This document shows positions 8,885 through 21,068 of a DNA stretch of 64,000 nt, piece after piece. Numbering within the stretch: the stretch's first letter is position 1; each line of letters begins with the position of its first letter. Under the pieces are notes generated by a model. That model had not been told where the DNA came from. It ran no database searches and worked only from the letters and a program-made list of their open reading frames with translations. The stretch comes from Terriglobales bacterium (GTDB lineage Bacteria > Acidobacteriota > Terriglobia > Terriglobales > Acidobacteriaceae), in contig DATIWL010000082.1 in the NCBI GenBank assembly GCA_035519435.1, forward strand, positions 5,692 through 69,691, given 5' to 3'. Position numbers and translations under genes: made by a program.

Positions 8885-8917
8885 CGCTCCACCGGATGGA
8901 TCAGGTTCCGTATCCGA

Positions 8918-11338
<2,421 letters not shown>

Positions 11339-11345
11339 TTTCAGC

Positions 11346-11366
11346 CTTGAGTGACTTTTACTCAAC
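11346..11366. promoter_or_regulatory. HAIR-like (HspR-associated inverted repeat) operator upstream of lon
   Basis: CTTGAGT-GACTTTT-ACTCAAC matches consensus CTTGAGT-N7-ACTCAAG at 13 of 14 positions. Lies 7 nt upstream of the preferred lon ATG. Confidence 0.5.
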
Positions 11367-11541
11367 CTTTGATGAGTTCAGACAGCAAAAAGATGCAGGG
11401 TCCACGCTAGGGTGTTGAATTCTAGACCTTTTTTCGTTTTTTTCAAGACACGGAAGGGATACGGCTCTGCGGGAGCGTTGGGCGGCTGGAGATAGGGTCT
11501 TCCCGAGCGCTCCCGGCAGTCAAGAATCCGACGGCTCAGTG

Positions 11542-11916
11542 TCAGAACACGTGCTTGGCGCGATCGCCCTTAAAGATCAATTCCTGGAGAACCCATTCAT
11601 TCTTGGCATTCTCGGTGTAGATCTTCTGGTTGTCCTTCGCCTTTTCTGTGAGCGGCACCAAGGTGCACTTGGCGCGGACTTCCACCGGCTTCCGCACGCC
11701 GAGTTGACGGAAGACCATGATGTGGTTCTCGCCTTCCATCACATGGCGGATTTCGTAGTTTCCCTGGGGAAGGAGCGTGTCGGCAACGCGAACGCTCTGC
11801 ACAAAGCTGACGCGGTAAGTGTCGGAAATCCCCATGGGGTTCTGTCCGGCGACCGCGAATACTGCCATGAAGACAATCATCGATAAAAGAAGTGCTGCAA
11901 GTTTAATGGGACGCAT
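11542..11916 (-). CDS. Small secreted hypothetical protein
   Basis: 124 aa with signal peptide MRPIKLAALLLSMIVFMAVFAVAGQ. No recognisable domain. Confidence 0.65.
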   Translation of the reverse strand: MRPIKLAALLLSMIVFMAVFAVAGQNPMGISDTYRVSFVQSVRVADTLLPQGNYEIRHVMEGENHIMVFRQLGVRKPVEVRAKCTLVPLTEKAKDNQKIYTENAKNEWVLQELIFKGDRAKHVF

Positions 11917-12123
11917 AGAAGCCCTCCTGTCGGCTTCGCATCAGTACGATCCAAGTTCAGCATGAGCGCAACATTTGTTGTTGGCTGTGTGGCGGCTCAC
12001 GGGCGCTTGTGATCTGAAACCAGAAAAGGGGTGACGGAGCGTCACGTTATCTTCGCAAACACAGGAGAGCGCGTGGTTTTGCGCGAACCGGCGGACGCAG
12101 ATTACTTTTGGGGTGACCAGCAG

Positions 12124-12936
12124 TCAATCGGCTGCAGGATAGATTCCCAGCACCTTGACGAGTTCGGCGACCTCTCCGAGGTGGCGCAGGGCGTTGCGTG
12201 CAGCCTCATCATCGGCGCGGAGAAGATCGACGAAGAAGACGTATTCCCAGGGGCGACCACGCAACGGCCTCGACTCAATCTTGCTGAGACTGATGTCACG
12301 GAGGGCAAATACGCTGAGCGCCTTGAACAGGGCTCCCGGGAGATTGCGCACACTGAAAGCCAGCGAGGTTTTGGAAGCGCGCGGTGCCGCCTGAGCTTGG
12401 CCCCGCTGAATCAGGAAGAAGCGGGTAAAGTTTTTCTTGTCGTCTTCGATGCCACTCTTAAGAATGTTGCCTCCGTATACCTCGGCAGCGCGGCGGCTGG
12501 CTATGCCCGCCGCATCGCGCAGCCGGCTCCCGACGACGTGCTTTACGCTGCCGGCAGTGTCGTAAAAAGGCTCGGCCTGAAGCTGGCGATATTTCGAGAA
12601 CAGATCGCGGCACTGATCGAGCGCCACCGGGTGCGAAAATACGTGCCGCACATCGCGGAACCTGACTCCCGGAGGCGCGATCAGGTTGTGCACGATGCGC
12701 AAACGGAACTCCCGCACGATGTGGACGTCGCGGCTCAACAAAAGATCGAAGTGCTCCGCGACCGAGCCGGCCAGCGAGTTCTCGATAGGAATTACGGCGC
12801 AGTCAACCGTTCCCCGCCCGACGCGGTCGAACACCTCCGAGGATCGTGCGCACGTGACAACCTTGGCGGAGCGCACCATCGCTTCCGCCGCCTGATGGCT
12901 GAAGGAACCGAGTTCTCCCTGGATCGCGAGTTTCAT
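12124..12936 (-). CDS. pheA: Prephenate dehydratase
   Basis: MKLAIQGELGSFSHQAA.., PDT domain, and C-terminal ACT region with the ESRP motif (LSKIESRPLRGRPWEYVFFVD). Confidence 0.9.
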   Translation of the reverse strand: MKLAIQGELGSFSHQAAEAMVRSAKVVTCARSSEVFDRVGRGTVDCAVIPIENSLAGSVAEHFDLLLSRDVHIVREFRLRIVHNLIAPPGVRFRDVRHVFSHPVALDQCRDLFSKYRQLQAEPFYDTAGSVKHVVGSRLRDAAGIASRRAAEVYGGNILKSGIEDDKKNFTRFFLIQRGQAQAAPRASKTSLAFSVRNLPGALFKALSVFALRDISLSKIESRPLRGRPWEYVFFVDLLRADDEAARNALRHLGEVAELVKVLGIYPAAD

Positions 12937-12975
12937 GAAAGCAGCTCTTCCCTCCAGCTCTTGGCCTGGAGCCTC

Positions 12976-13473
12976 TCACGTGCCTGATGCAACAGAAGTT
13001 GCAGCCAGATCTTTCCGCATGACCAGTGCATCGAGGTGATTGGAATAGTAACCGGGGACGGTCTTTTCCACGAAATAGCCTTTTTGCCTGTAGAAGTGGA
13101 TGGCTCCGGAATTGTCGACGGCGGTCTCAAGTTCGACGGTGGCAGCGCCCGCGGCCCGCAAATGATCTTCCGCCGCCTGGAGCAACGCCGAGCCGATACC
13201 GCCTCGGCGCGATGCCGGGATCACGTCGATGGTGATGATGTGGCCAGCGCGGCGGCGCACCTCGGCCACGATGAAGCCGACAATCCCTCCGAAGTCTCCG
13301 TCGCCAACCTTCCCGGTCAGCGGTTCCGCCACCAGAGTGAACGCACCCGGCCTACGCATGTAGAACGCCAGCTCGGGGCGGGAATAGGCGAGCAGAGGGT
13401 CGAAACAGATCTGGTCGATCCTCCACAGGGACTCAAAATCCGTTTTTTGGAATGCCCGGATACGAAAGGACAC
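12976..13473 (-). CDS. GNAT family N-acetyltransferase (RimI-like)
   Basis: 165 aa. Acetyl-CoA binding motif RRGGIGSALL, and the tail ..AIHFYRKGY.. typical of GNAT. Confidence 0.85.
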   Translation of the reverse strand: MSFRIRAFQKTDFESLWRIDQICFDPLLAYSRPELAFYMRRPGAFTLVAEPLTGKVGDGDFGGIVGFIVAEVRRRAGHIITIDVIPASRRGGIGSALLQAAEDHLRAAGAATVELETAVDNSGAIHFYRQKGYFVEKTVPGYYSNHLDALVMRKDLAATSVASGT

Positions 13474-13501
13474 ATCCGCATTCTAGCCGGAGCGGCATGC
13501 A

Positions 13502-14236
13502 ATGGACGCTCCCAATTTTCCATTCTCTACCCCTTGCGAAGTTGCATTCCCGGACGTACGATTTCGCATCAGAGGGAACGTGGGGCGACTGATCCTCATC
13601 GACGCGGCGGCGGTTGGTGTCCTTCTCGCCTTGTGGTATGCCTGTTTTGTCCACTACAACCGGCGCCGGGGAACGGCGCTGCTGGAATGGGTGCAAGGCG
13701 CCTGCCTGGGAAAGGGCCGCATCCTTACCTCCGAATGGCGGGCGAGCAGTTCCCAGCTCCGAGCAAGCCTACGGCTTTCTTCGAGGTGGTTTGAGGACAT
13801 CCATCTCACCATCCGGCTGCTGCCGCGAGCATTGCCGATGCAGTGGCTGCTGAGCCGCTGGCGCAAGCAGGGCGAGACGCTGACCTTCGAAGCCGACCTG
13901 GGATTCCCGCCGACTTTCAGCCTGGATGTAATCCGGCGCCGCTGGTCGGGCCATTCGCTGAAACGGAACTCATCGGCAACGAGCGTCTGGACAATCAGCC
14001 GACCCGGCCCCGTGATCCTTACGACAAAGGAAGATTGGCCGCTGGAACTGACTCCGCTGATCAATGCGCTGACGTCCTGGCACGACAAGGACTTTCTGAG
14101 TGTGCGCTTCAATCCCACGTCGCCGCACTTTACGGCGACCGTTCCGCTGGAGAACCTGAGCGACGAGAATACTGCCGCAGCACTGCTGGGCCTGTTCCGG
14201 GAACTGGCGATGAGTTCCTCCGCCAAGCAACATTGA
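13502..14236 (+). CDS. Hypothetical membrane-anchored protein
   Basis: 244-aa ORF with one hydrophobic helix (LILIDAAAVGVLLALWYACFV). No recognisable domain. Start uncertain. Confidence 0.5.
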   Translation: MDAPNFPFSTPCEVAFPDVRFRIRGNVGRLILIDAAAVGVLLALWYACFVHYNRRRGTALLEWVQGACLGKGRILTSEWRASSSQLRASLRLSSRWFEDIHLTIRLLPRALPMQWLLSRWRKQGETLTFEADLGFPPTFSLDVIRRRWSGHSLKRNSSATSVWTISRPGPVILTTKEDWPLELTPLINALTSWHDKDFLSVRFNPTSPHFTATVPLENLSDENTAAALLGLFRELAMSSSAKQH

Positions 14237-14316
14237 TGATTGCGGATTTTTGATTGTCGGTTGCTTGTGCCTACCGTTGGCGAATCAACATTCAAGAATC
14301 AATAAATCAACAATCC
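14233..14316. repeat. Heptad-built inverted repeat between convergent genes
   Basis: Left arm 14233-14267 is TTGATGA TTGCGGA TTTTTGA TTGTCGG TTGCTTG; the TGA stop is inside the first unit. Right arm 14282-14316 is GAATCAA CATTCAA GAATCAA TAAATCAA CAATCC. GC-rich loop. Confidence 0.65.
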
Positions 14317-14321
14317 CATGC

Positions 14322-15074
14322 CTACTCTGGTTCCGCGACAAAGCGATACCCCACTCCCCGCACCGTTTGCAGGTGCTTTGGCTCGGCGGGGTCTTCCTCA
14401 ATGTAGCGGCGCAATCGCACGACAAAGTTGTCGATCGCGCGCGTATCGGTATCTTCGTGCAGTCCCCAGACCTCTTCGAGGATCGACTTGCGAGAAACCA
14501 CGCGGCCATTGTTGCGGATGAGGTGGCGGAGGAACTGAGCTTCCATTACGGTGAGGTGAATGGTGTTGCCCAGACTGCGGAGTTCTAGTTCCGAAAAATC
14601 CATGGTCTTCCCGCAGAACGTGTAGGTGTGGGGTTCCGGAGGCACGGACACTGATGGACGCAGGCCACTCTCGGACGGCTGGCGTGAAGCGATTTCTTTC
14701 ATCCAGGCGCTGCGCCGAAGCAGGCCATCCAGGCGGGCGATGAGGATGGGCAACTCAAACGGCTTGGGGAGGTAGTCGTCGGCGCCAGAAGCAAAGCCTT
14801 TGAGGACGTCCTCGGCACGGCCGCGCGCGGTCAACATGAGGATGGGGACGTAGTTCTTGTTTTCGCGCAACTCCGAGGCAACATGGAATCCGTTCTTCCC
14901 GGGCAGCATGACGTCGAGAACGATGGCATCGAAGGATTCTTTTCTGTGCAGGAGGCGTTCGAGCGCTGCTTCGCCGTCTCCAGCCACAGTCACGGCATGG
15001 CCTTCGGCTTCGAGATTGAAGCGCAGGCCCTGGGCCAAGTGAGCCTCATCCTCGACGATCAGAACGCGGCTCAT
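14322..15074 (-). CDS. OmpR-family response regulator
   Basis: Receiver domain (MSRVLIVEDE..DVMLPGKNG) plus winged-helix trans_reg_C (..VRGVGYRF). The start overlaps the kinase stop by 4 nt. Confidence 0.9.
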   Translation of the reverse strand: MSRVLIVEDEAHLAQGLRFNLEAEGHAVTVAGDGEAALERLLHRKESFDAIVLDVMLPGKNGFHVASELRENKNYVPILMLTARGRAEDVLKGFASGADDYLPKPFELPILIARLDGLLRRSAWMKEIASRQPSESGLRPSVSVPPEPHTYTFCGKTMDFSELELRSLGNTIHLTVMEAQFLRHLIRNNGRVVSRKSILEEVWGLHEDTDTRAIDNFVVRLRRYIEEDPAEPKHLQTVRGVGYRFVAEPE

Positions 15075-15976
15075 GCCACTCTCCTGGGTAGCTCGAGCGT
15101 AACCGTAGTTCCCTTCCCCACACCCTCGCTATGCGCGAATACGCGGCCGCCGTGCTTCCGCGCGATGGAACGCACGATGAAAAGGCCAAGTCCCGTTCCT
15201 TTGACTCCCGTCAGCGAGCGATGCGCAACACGGTAGAAGCGCTTGAAGATGCGCTTAAGTTCGGGTTGCGGGATACCCACCCCCTGATCCCGAACGCGCA
15301 ACACGACGTGCTCTTTGTCGGGCACGTCCAGTTCGACGGAAATATGCACGCCCGCCGGTGAATACTTCACGGCGTTGTCGAGCAGGTTAGCAAGCGCGGT
15401 ACGGAGTTGATCAGGATCCCCAGTTACGGCCGCAGACCCATTTCCATGGAGCGACTCGCGGTACTCGAGGGCTGTGTCCTGCAGGTGATGCCGGATGCGC
15501 GCGAGGTCGACGCTTTCGTGGACGAGCTGATCAAAATCGAGGGTTACACGCTGGAAGGCTTTCTTCTGCGCAGCTTCTCCGGCTTTGAGGACCTGCTCTA
15601 CGGTGTGGAGCAAGCGCTCGGTATCCTGCAGCATGTGCTGGTAAAACTCGCGGCGCTGCAATTCCTCGACTTCGCGCCGTTCGAGTGTTTGCAGGTAAAG
15701 GCGGATGGAAGTGATCGGTGTCTTCAGTTCGTGCGTGACGGCGTTGATGAAGCTGTCATGCTGCTCGTTGCGCCGGATCTCGCGCACCAGGAAGATGGTG
15801 TTGAGCAACACGCCGGCGATGATGGCGAGAAAGAGTATCGCGCCCAAAAACAACTTGATCTCCTGGCGCCAGTTGAGAATCACCCAACTGACGTTCAGCG
15901 CGATGGCGGCGGCAACAATGCAGACGCCAAGTGCGATCACCAGGTAGATCGCGCGGCGGCGGCTAATGATGCGCAC
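15071..15976 (-). CDS. Sensor histidine kinase, two TM helices with minimal external loop
   Basis: H-box THELKTPITS, N-box LLDNAVKYSP, G-boxes DQGVGI and GTGLGL. Two N-terminal hydrophobic helices are separated by about 10 residues. No HAMP or PAS visible. Confidence 0.9.
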   Translation of the reverse strand: MRIISRRRAIYLVIALGVCIVAAAIALNVSWVILNWRQEIKLFLGAILFLAIIAGVLLNTIFLVREIRRNEQHDSFINAVTHELKTPITSIRLYLQTLERREVEELQRREFYQHMLQDTERLLHTVEQVLKAGEAAQKKAFQRVTLDFDQLVHESVDLARIRHHLQDTALEYRESLHGNGSAAVTGDPDQLRTALANLLDNAVKYSPAGVHISVELDVPDKEHVVLRVRDQGVGIPQPELKRIFKRFYRVAHRSLTGVKGTGLGLFIVRSIARKHGGRVFAHSEGVGKGTTVTLELPRRVA

Positions 15977-15994
15977 CTAGCGATTGTAGAAGAG

Positions 15995-16089
15995 CAGGTC
16001 TCGGGTGTCAGGTGTCAGCTCTCAGCGAGAGAGGTGGACATACCAACACCTGCGTCAAGACCCTGACACCCAATACCTGAGACCTGAAC
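15995..16089. repeat. Heptad-built inverted repeat between desaturase and kinase genes
   Basis: Left arm 16001-16028 is TCGGGTG TCAGGTG TCAGCTC TCAGCGA. Right arm 16062-16089 is CCTGACA CCCAATA CCTGAGA CCTGAAC. The right arm ends 4 nt from the desaturase stop. Confidence 0.65.
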
Positions 16090-16092
16090 TCG

Positions 16093-17019
16093 TCAGTCGT
16101 TTCCCGCGGCAGTCGCCAGCGCAGCCGCTTTCAGATCGCGGGTCAGGGCCGGCTTGGGAGGCAAATTGTCGAGCGAGACCTTGTAAACATGCCGCGCCAG
16201 ACCAAGCTTCTTGAGGATCCAGATTCCGTACCAGTTCAGATCGACTTCGTACCAGGCGATGCCATGGCGAGCCGAGACCGGATGGGCATGGTGATTGTTG
16301 TGCCAACCCTCGCCAAAGGTGAAGATCGCGACGAGCCAGTTGTTGGTGGAGAGGTCCTTGGTGGCAAAGCGGCGCGAGCCCCACAAGTGGGTGACGGAGT
16401 TCACGGCCCAGGTGGCGTGCAGTCCGACAACGACACGAAGGAAGGCACCCCACAGCAGCCAAGGCAGGCCGCCGATGGCAAACAAGATCGCGCCCACGAG
16501 AATGTTCGAGGTGTAGTGATACTTGGTCAGCCAGACATGCACCTTGTCTTTGGTCAGATCAGGGACGTAGCGGGCAAGCGTCGTAGTGTCGTGATGCATG
16601 GACTTGCCCATCAGGATCCAACCCATGTGTGACCACCACTTGCCGTCGATCGGGGAATGCGGGTCACCATCCTCGTCGGAGAACTGGTGATGGATGCGGT
16701 GTGTAGCCACCCAGAAGATCGGCCCGCCCTCGAGCGCCAGCGTGGCGCACCAGGTCAGGAAATATTCGACCCACTTTGGCGTCTTGTAGCCGCGATGCGT
16801 GAGCAGGCGGTGGTAGCTCATGCCGATGCCGAGGCTGCCGGACACCCACCAGAGAAATGCCGAGACGAATAACGCCGGCCAGGTGAAGAAGAAAAGCGCG
16901 GCGATGGCACCGATGTGAAAGAGGCCCATGGCCGTCGCCGTGCCCCAGTTAATACCGTCCTTGCTGGCCCGCTCTTTGCGCAGGCTGAGATCGTGCATGA
17001 AATTAGGTTCTCCCCACAA
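16093..17019 (-). CDS. Membrane acyl-CoA/acyl-lipid delta-9-type fatty acid desaturase
   Basis: Three histidine boxes: HRLLTH, HRIHHQFSD, HNNHHAHP. Multiple TM helices. Confidence 0.9.
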   Translation of the reverse strand: MWGEPNFMHDLSLRKERASKDGINWGTATAMGLFHIGAIAALFFFTWPALFVSAFLWWVSGSLGIGMSYHRLLTHRGYKTPKWVEYFLTWCATLALEGGPIFWVATHRIHHQFSDEDGDPHSPIDGKWWSHMGWILMGKSMHHDTTTLARYVPDLTKDKVHVWLTKYHYTSNILVGAILFAIGGLPWLLWGAFLRVVVGLHATWAVNSVTHLWGSRRFATKDLSTNNWLVAIFTFGEGWHNNHHAHPVSARHGIAWYEVDLNWYGIWILKKLGLARHVYKVSLDNLPPKPALTRDLKAAALATAAGND

Positions 17020-17260
17020 ATGGTTGGAAGCTGGTCGTGAGTGACGATATCAGGGAAGATCGCACAGTCTTTGTAATAGTTGTGTAATCCCGAGGACTCA
17101 AGAGGTTACGCGCGTAATGGCAACCCGCGCGGAGACCGGTTTGGGGGAGGGTTGCTCATGTGGTTCGCGACACACGCCTGTGTGATCTAGCGCGCTTTCC
17201 GTGCTTCTGCGCAAGTCGTAGAATGTAGGCAGAGTTTCAACCGATCTCTGTGTCGAGGAG

Positions 17261-17722
17261 GTGGCTGTGTTGAGACGAGGTATCCCGGTCCTTCTCGGAT
17301 TGCTGATTCTGGCCTGCGTAGTAATTGCGCAACAGGAGCAACAGACGCAACCGACACAACAGGCGCAGCCAGCGCAGACTCCCGCCAAGCCGAGTCCCGA
17401 GTACAAGATTCCAGCGGATGCGGCGCAAAAAGATAATCCGGTAAAGCCCACGCCCGAGTTGATGGCCAAAGCCAAGAAAACCTACGCCATCGACTGCGCC
17501 ATGTGCCATGGCGAAGAAGGGGACGGCAAAGGGGATATGGCCGCCGACATGAAAAATGTCACCGACTTTACCAAGCCCGATGCCCTGAAGAGCCGCACCG
17601 ACGGCGAACTGTTCTACATCATTCGCAAAGGCAAAGGCGACATGCCACCGGAGGGCGACCGCGCGAAGGACGCCGACGTGTGGAGTCTAGTGAACTACAT
17701 CCGCGCGTTTGCAAAGAAGTAG
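17261..17722 (+). CDS. Class I c-type cytochrome
   Basis: Signal/anchor MAVLRRGIPVLLGLLILACVVIA, a Q/P-rich linker, and a single CAMCH haem motif. In-frame GTG at 17267 is an alternative start just after a GAGGAGG motif. Confidence 0.8.
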   Translation: MAVLRRGIPVLLGLLILACVVIAQQEQQTQPTQQAQPAQTPAKPSPEYKIPADAAQKDNPVKPTPELMAKAKKTYAIDCAMCHGEEGDGKGDMAADMKNVTDFTKPDALKSRTDGELFYIIRKGKGDMPPEGDRAKDADVWSLVNYIRAFAKK

Positions 17723-17739
17723 GACGACGGGCGACTGAA

Positions 17740-17822
17740 GAAGGCAGAAGTCAGATTGCAGAAGTGAGGTTTGGCAACCCGGCTCACAATCCCGCCTTCT
17801 CCCATAGGTCCTGTTCTGCAAG
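17740..17822. repeat. Heptad element (GAAGT word family) between convergent genes
   Basis: 17740-17767 is GAAGGCA GAAGTCA GATTGCA GAAGTGA. A degenerate complementary stretch (..CCTTCTCCC..TTCTGCAAGC) lies at 17791-17822. Confidence 0.5.
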
Positions 17823-17842
17823 CAATTGGTTTTTGGAGAATC

Positions 17843-20071
17843 TCAAAATTCAAAAGCCAGGCCCGCGGAGGGCGTAACGGGCAGGCCTTGCCCAGTCACT
17901 ACCGTGGCCGTTCCGTCGGGATTAAAGGCGGAGTAAAAGTAGCGTCGATTCGCATGGTCAGTCAGGTTGAGCACTTCTCCATACAGGGTGAGTTTCCATC
18001 GGGTGAACGCCCAATCCTTCTCGCCGCGTAGATCGAGGCGCTGATAGTCGCCCAACCGCGTGTCATTGTTTTCGCTCGGGATGGGGAAGCCCGAGCCGTA
18101 CAACCACTTGCCGCCGATACGCACCGTCGGGCTCACCCTGTAGCTGGCAAAAAGGTTCAGCGTGTGGCGTTGATCGGCCAGACTTGGAAAATACGGGGTG
18201 AAGTGGGCATCCCCGAGAGGACCGATCAAGTCACTTTCGCTCGCATAGGTGAATGTATATGCAATCCAGCCCGATAGCCGACTTGCCGTCCTGCTTTGCA
18301 GCGTGAATTGCACGCCGCGGGAGTAGCTGTGCTGGAAAGCGTTGAAGGCATGGGGAGGGAAAACCGGATTGCAGCAACCAGGACGGTTCGCGGCCGAAGA
18401 CGTGTCGCCTTCGCGATCAAAGAATAGCGCGCGGATGCGCGTGGTTTCTCCGAAGCGATGCTCCACCCCGGCGGAATAATGATTGGCTGTTTGCAGGACC
18501 TCGGAGGCCGGATAACATAACCCGCCGCCCAGATCTGTCAGGGGCGTCGCGGGAAGCTGAAACTGGTTATAGCGCCCGATACCGAACTGCAGTTGGGTTG
18601 AAGAGCTGACCTGCAACGAAGTCGACAGCTGCGGTGAGAGAGGGTGGATCGGGAACTGCTCAGCAGCATCGACACGCACGCTGCCCGCCACATGAAGACG
18701 ATTGTGGAAGTAGCTTCCTCCGTTTTGCACATAGGCGTCGTTCTTCCAGCCCCGGTTGCTCCGATCAAAGAAGCCGTTCACTGTATCATCCGGGTTGTAG
18801 AAGACGGATTGAGTGCGATCGCTGACCCGTCGCACCATCCATCCCGCCTCGACTACCTGGTTCGAGCGCCAAGTCCAGCTCAGGTCGGCTCCCGCGACCC
18901 ATTCGGCGTGATGATCATGACTGAGCATCTGACGAAGCACGTTCCAAGTTTCGTCGGGCGTATGCAGGTAGGCAGCGCGAGTCGCGAGCGAGAGTCGCGG
19001 ACTGACGGTCCAGCGCCATCCTGTCCGGGCCATGACGAAGTCATTGGTTCCCCGCTGAAAGTTGTTGGGATCGGCGCCCTCCGGGGCGTTAACCAAATCG
19101 GCGAAGGTGTGTCCACCGACCCCGTAGAAGGTCAACGTGTGATTTGGCCGCACGTCATAGGTAAGTTTCAAGCTTCCATCGTAGAACGACACGTCGGTGT
19201 AGTTGTCGTGCAAGCGGTTTCGGAGCAGGTAGCCCAAGTAACTCTTTCGTGCGGAAGCCAGCCAGGAGCCCCGGCCGCTGCGACCCAGCCTACCCTCGCC
19301 GAGGATATCGCTATCCACCAGGCCAACAGACGCGCGGAAAATTGGGGCGGTGCGACTGCCATCTCGAGTATGGACGTCCAGAGCCGCGCCGACCGTGTCG
19401 CCAAATTTCTGCGGGTAGGCCACCGGAAGCAGCTTTAGGTCTTCAATCGTTTCGCTGGTAAGAATGCTGAGGGTGGCGCCTTCACTGATGTTGGTCAGGC
19501 CATGAAAGGGTTGGGGAACGAGAATCCCGTCAAGATAGGTACCCGTATTTTCGAAGGGCACACCCATCACCGAGAACTGTGCATAGAAGTCGTTATTCCC
19601 CGACGCAGAGACTCCCGGCAGAGTTTGGATAGAACGAAACGGATCGTCGGCGAGCACGGTCGAAGTCTCGCGCAGTTCGGAACTCGTAAGGTTGGCCTCG
19701 ATGACGGCGGGAGAATCGGGCCCGTGAAAGATATCGCCCTTCACTTCGACTTTTTCGGTGCGGCGGAAGTTATCGGGAACCAGGGTAACGTCGAATTCCT
19801 TCACTGATTCGTCGGAAGGGAGGGTAAACGGAACCGTTACGAGGCGGTAGCCAATCGCATTGAAGCGGAGCGTGAAGTTGCCGGCAGCGAGTCCCGAGAT
19901 AACGAACGCCCCGTCTCCGTCGGTGACCGCTTGTGCGCTGGTCTCAAGGAGTGTTACTTGTACTCGCGCCAGAGCCTCGCCACCATCAACGGTGACCACC
20001 TTGCCGCGGATCTCGGCGGCATGAGCCCAGACAGAGCAAGCAATCAGGAAGGCGGCAAAGCGAGCGTGCAT
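17843..20071 (-). CDS. TonB-dependent receptor-like outer membrane protein with carboxypeptidase-regulatory-like N-domain
   Basis: Signal peptide, then the CarboxypepD_reg pattern (IRGKVVTVDGGEALARVQVTLLE..TDGDGAFVISGLAAGNFTL). Plug-like region, long beta-barrel, and terminal ..GLAFEF aromatic residue. Confidence 0.8.
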   Translation of the reverse strand: MHARFAAFLIACSVWAHAAEIRGKVVTVDGGEALARVQVTLLETSAQAVTDGDGAFVISGLAAGNFTLRFNAIGYRLVTVPFTLPSDESVKEFDVTLVPDNFRRTEKVEVKGDIFHGPDSPAVIEANLTSSELRETSTVLADDPFRSIQTLPGVSASGNNDFYAQFSVMGVPFENTGTYLDGILVPQPFHGLTNISEGATLSILTSETIEDLKLLPVAYPQKFGDTVGAALDVHTRDGSRTAPIFRASVGLVDSDILGEGRLGRSGRGSWLASARKSYLGYLLRNRLHDNYTDVSFYDGSLKLTYDVRPNHTLTFYGVGGHTFADLVNAPEGADPNNFQRGTNDFVMARTGWRWTVSPRLSLATRAAYLHTPDETWNVLRQMLSHDHHAEWVAGADLSWTWRSNQVVEAGWMVRRVSDRTQSVFYNPDDTVNGFFDRSNRGWKNDAYVQNGGSYFHNRLHVAGSVRVDAAEQFPIHPLSPQLSTSLQVSSSTQLQFGIGRYNQFQLPATPLTDLGGGLCYPASEVLQTANHYSAGVEHRFGETTRIRALFFDREGDTSSAANRPGCCNPVFPPHAFNAFQHSYSRGVQFTLQSRTASRLSGWIAYTFTYASESDLIGPLGDAHFTPYFPSLADQRHTLNLFASYRVSPTVRIGGKWLYGSGFPIPSENNDTRLGDYQRLDLRGEKDWAFTRWKLTLYGEVLNLTDHANRRYFYSAFNPDGTATVVTGQGLPVTPSAGLAFEF

Positions 20072-20189
20072 TCCGGCCTCGGAGAGAACAGGGGCCCAAC
20101 TACCGCCCGGGACGAATCCGTACCCGACTTATGAGAACGAGCACGATAGCATGAGTTGCAGGAACAGTCTGTGAGATGCAATCTCTCGA

Positions 20190-21068
20190 CTAACTCGCTG
20201 CCTTTACTTCGACTCCAGCCCACTTCTCCAGGAGAGTTAGAGTTGCGGCGTAGTCGAGATCCTTCTGACCTTCTTCCGCTGCCAGGTCATACACTTCTTC
20301 GACGGCCTCCAGTCCAGGCAGGCGAACGCGGGCTTCCTTGGCGGCATCGAGCGTCAGGTGGATGTCTTTCAGCATGAGGCGAAGAGGAAAATTAGGGGAG
20401 AAATCACGTTTCAGAATGAACGGGGTCTTGTAGTCCACGACGCCTGAGCGAACCATCGAGGCTTGAACGAGCGGCATGAGCCGATTGATGTCCACGCCTA
20501 ACTTGGTGGCCAGTGTCAGCGCTTCGGCGAAGCCTTCGTAAATGAGTGCGATCTGGAGGTTCATAGCGAGCTTGGTCGCCTGGCCCTTCCCTGTTTCTCC
20601 CATGTGGAACACTTGTTTGCCCATGGCTTGCAAGAGTGGCTGCAGGCGGCTGAGAGAAGCGTTGTCCGCACCTGCCATGAAGATGAGACTGCCATTTTCG
20701 GCGGCGATCTTGGAGCCTGTAACGGGAGCATCAACGTAATCCGCCCCGCGCGCCTTCACACGTCCGGCAAAGCGCAACGTGGCGGACGGCGAAATGGTAC
20801 TGGAGTCGGCTACGATCATGCCGGGCGCAAGCGACGGTTCTGCTCCGTCCGGGCCAAAAAGCAGGGCTTCGACGGCGTTGGTGTCGGAGACGCACATCCA
20901 GACGACTTCGACGCCTGATGCGGCGTCGGCAGGAGACGAGGCGCTGCGTGCGCCTTCGACGTCCTTGCCCGGCGTCCGGTTCCAAATGGCAACGTCGTGG
21001 CCGGCTTTCACGAGATTGGCCGCCATCGGCCGTCCCATAATTCCCATCCCCAAAAAGGCAACGCGCAT
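20190..21068 (-). CDS. NAD(P)-dependent beta-hydroxyacid dehydrogenase family oxidoreductase
   Basis: MRVAFLGMGIMGRPMAANL (Rossmann GxGxxG). The family pattern DAPVTGS..AA.G.L matches 3-hydroxyisobutyrate/6PGDH-like enzymes. ATG 21068 is preferred over 21086. Confidence 0.85.
   Translation of the reverse strand: MRVAFLGMGIMGRPMAANLVKAGHDVAIWNRTPGKDVEGARSASSPADAASGVEVVWMCVSDTNAVEALLFGPDGAEPSLAPGMIVADSSTISPSATLRFAGRVKARGADYVDAPVTGSKIAAENGSLIFMAGADNASLSRLQPLLQAMGKQVFHMGETGKGQATKLAMNLQIALIYEGFAEALTLATKLGVDINRLMPLVQASMVRSGVVDYKTPFILKRDFSPNFPLRLMLKDIHLTLDAAKEARVRLPGLEAVEEVYDLAAEEGQKDLDYAATLTLLEKWAGVEVKAAS

Noticed and set aside
17190-17223. Sigma-70-type promoter (TAGAAT at 17218-17223) for the cytochrome c gene
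   Set aside because: The -10-like hexamer has only a poor -35 candidate (TTTCCG) at 17-nt spacing. A single-hexamer match in a 240-nt divergent region is not sufficient evidence.
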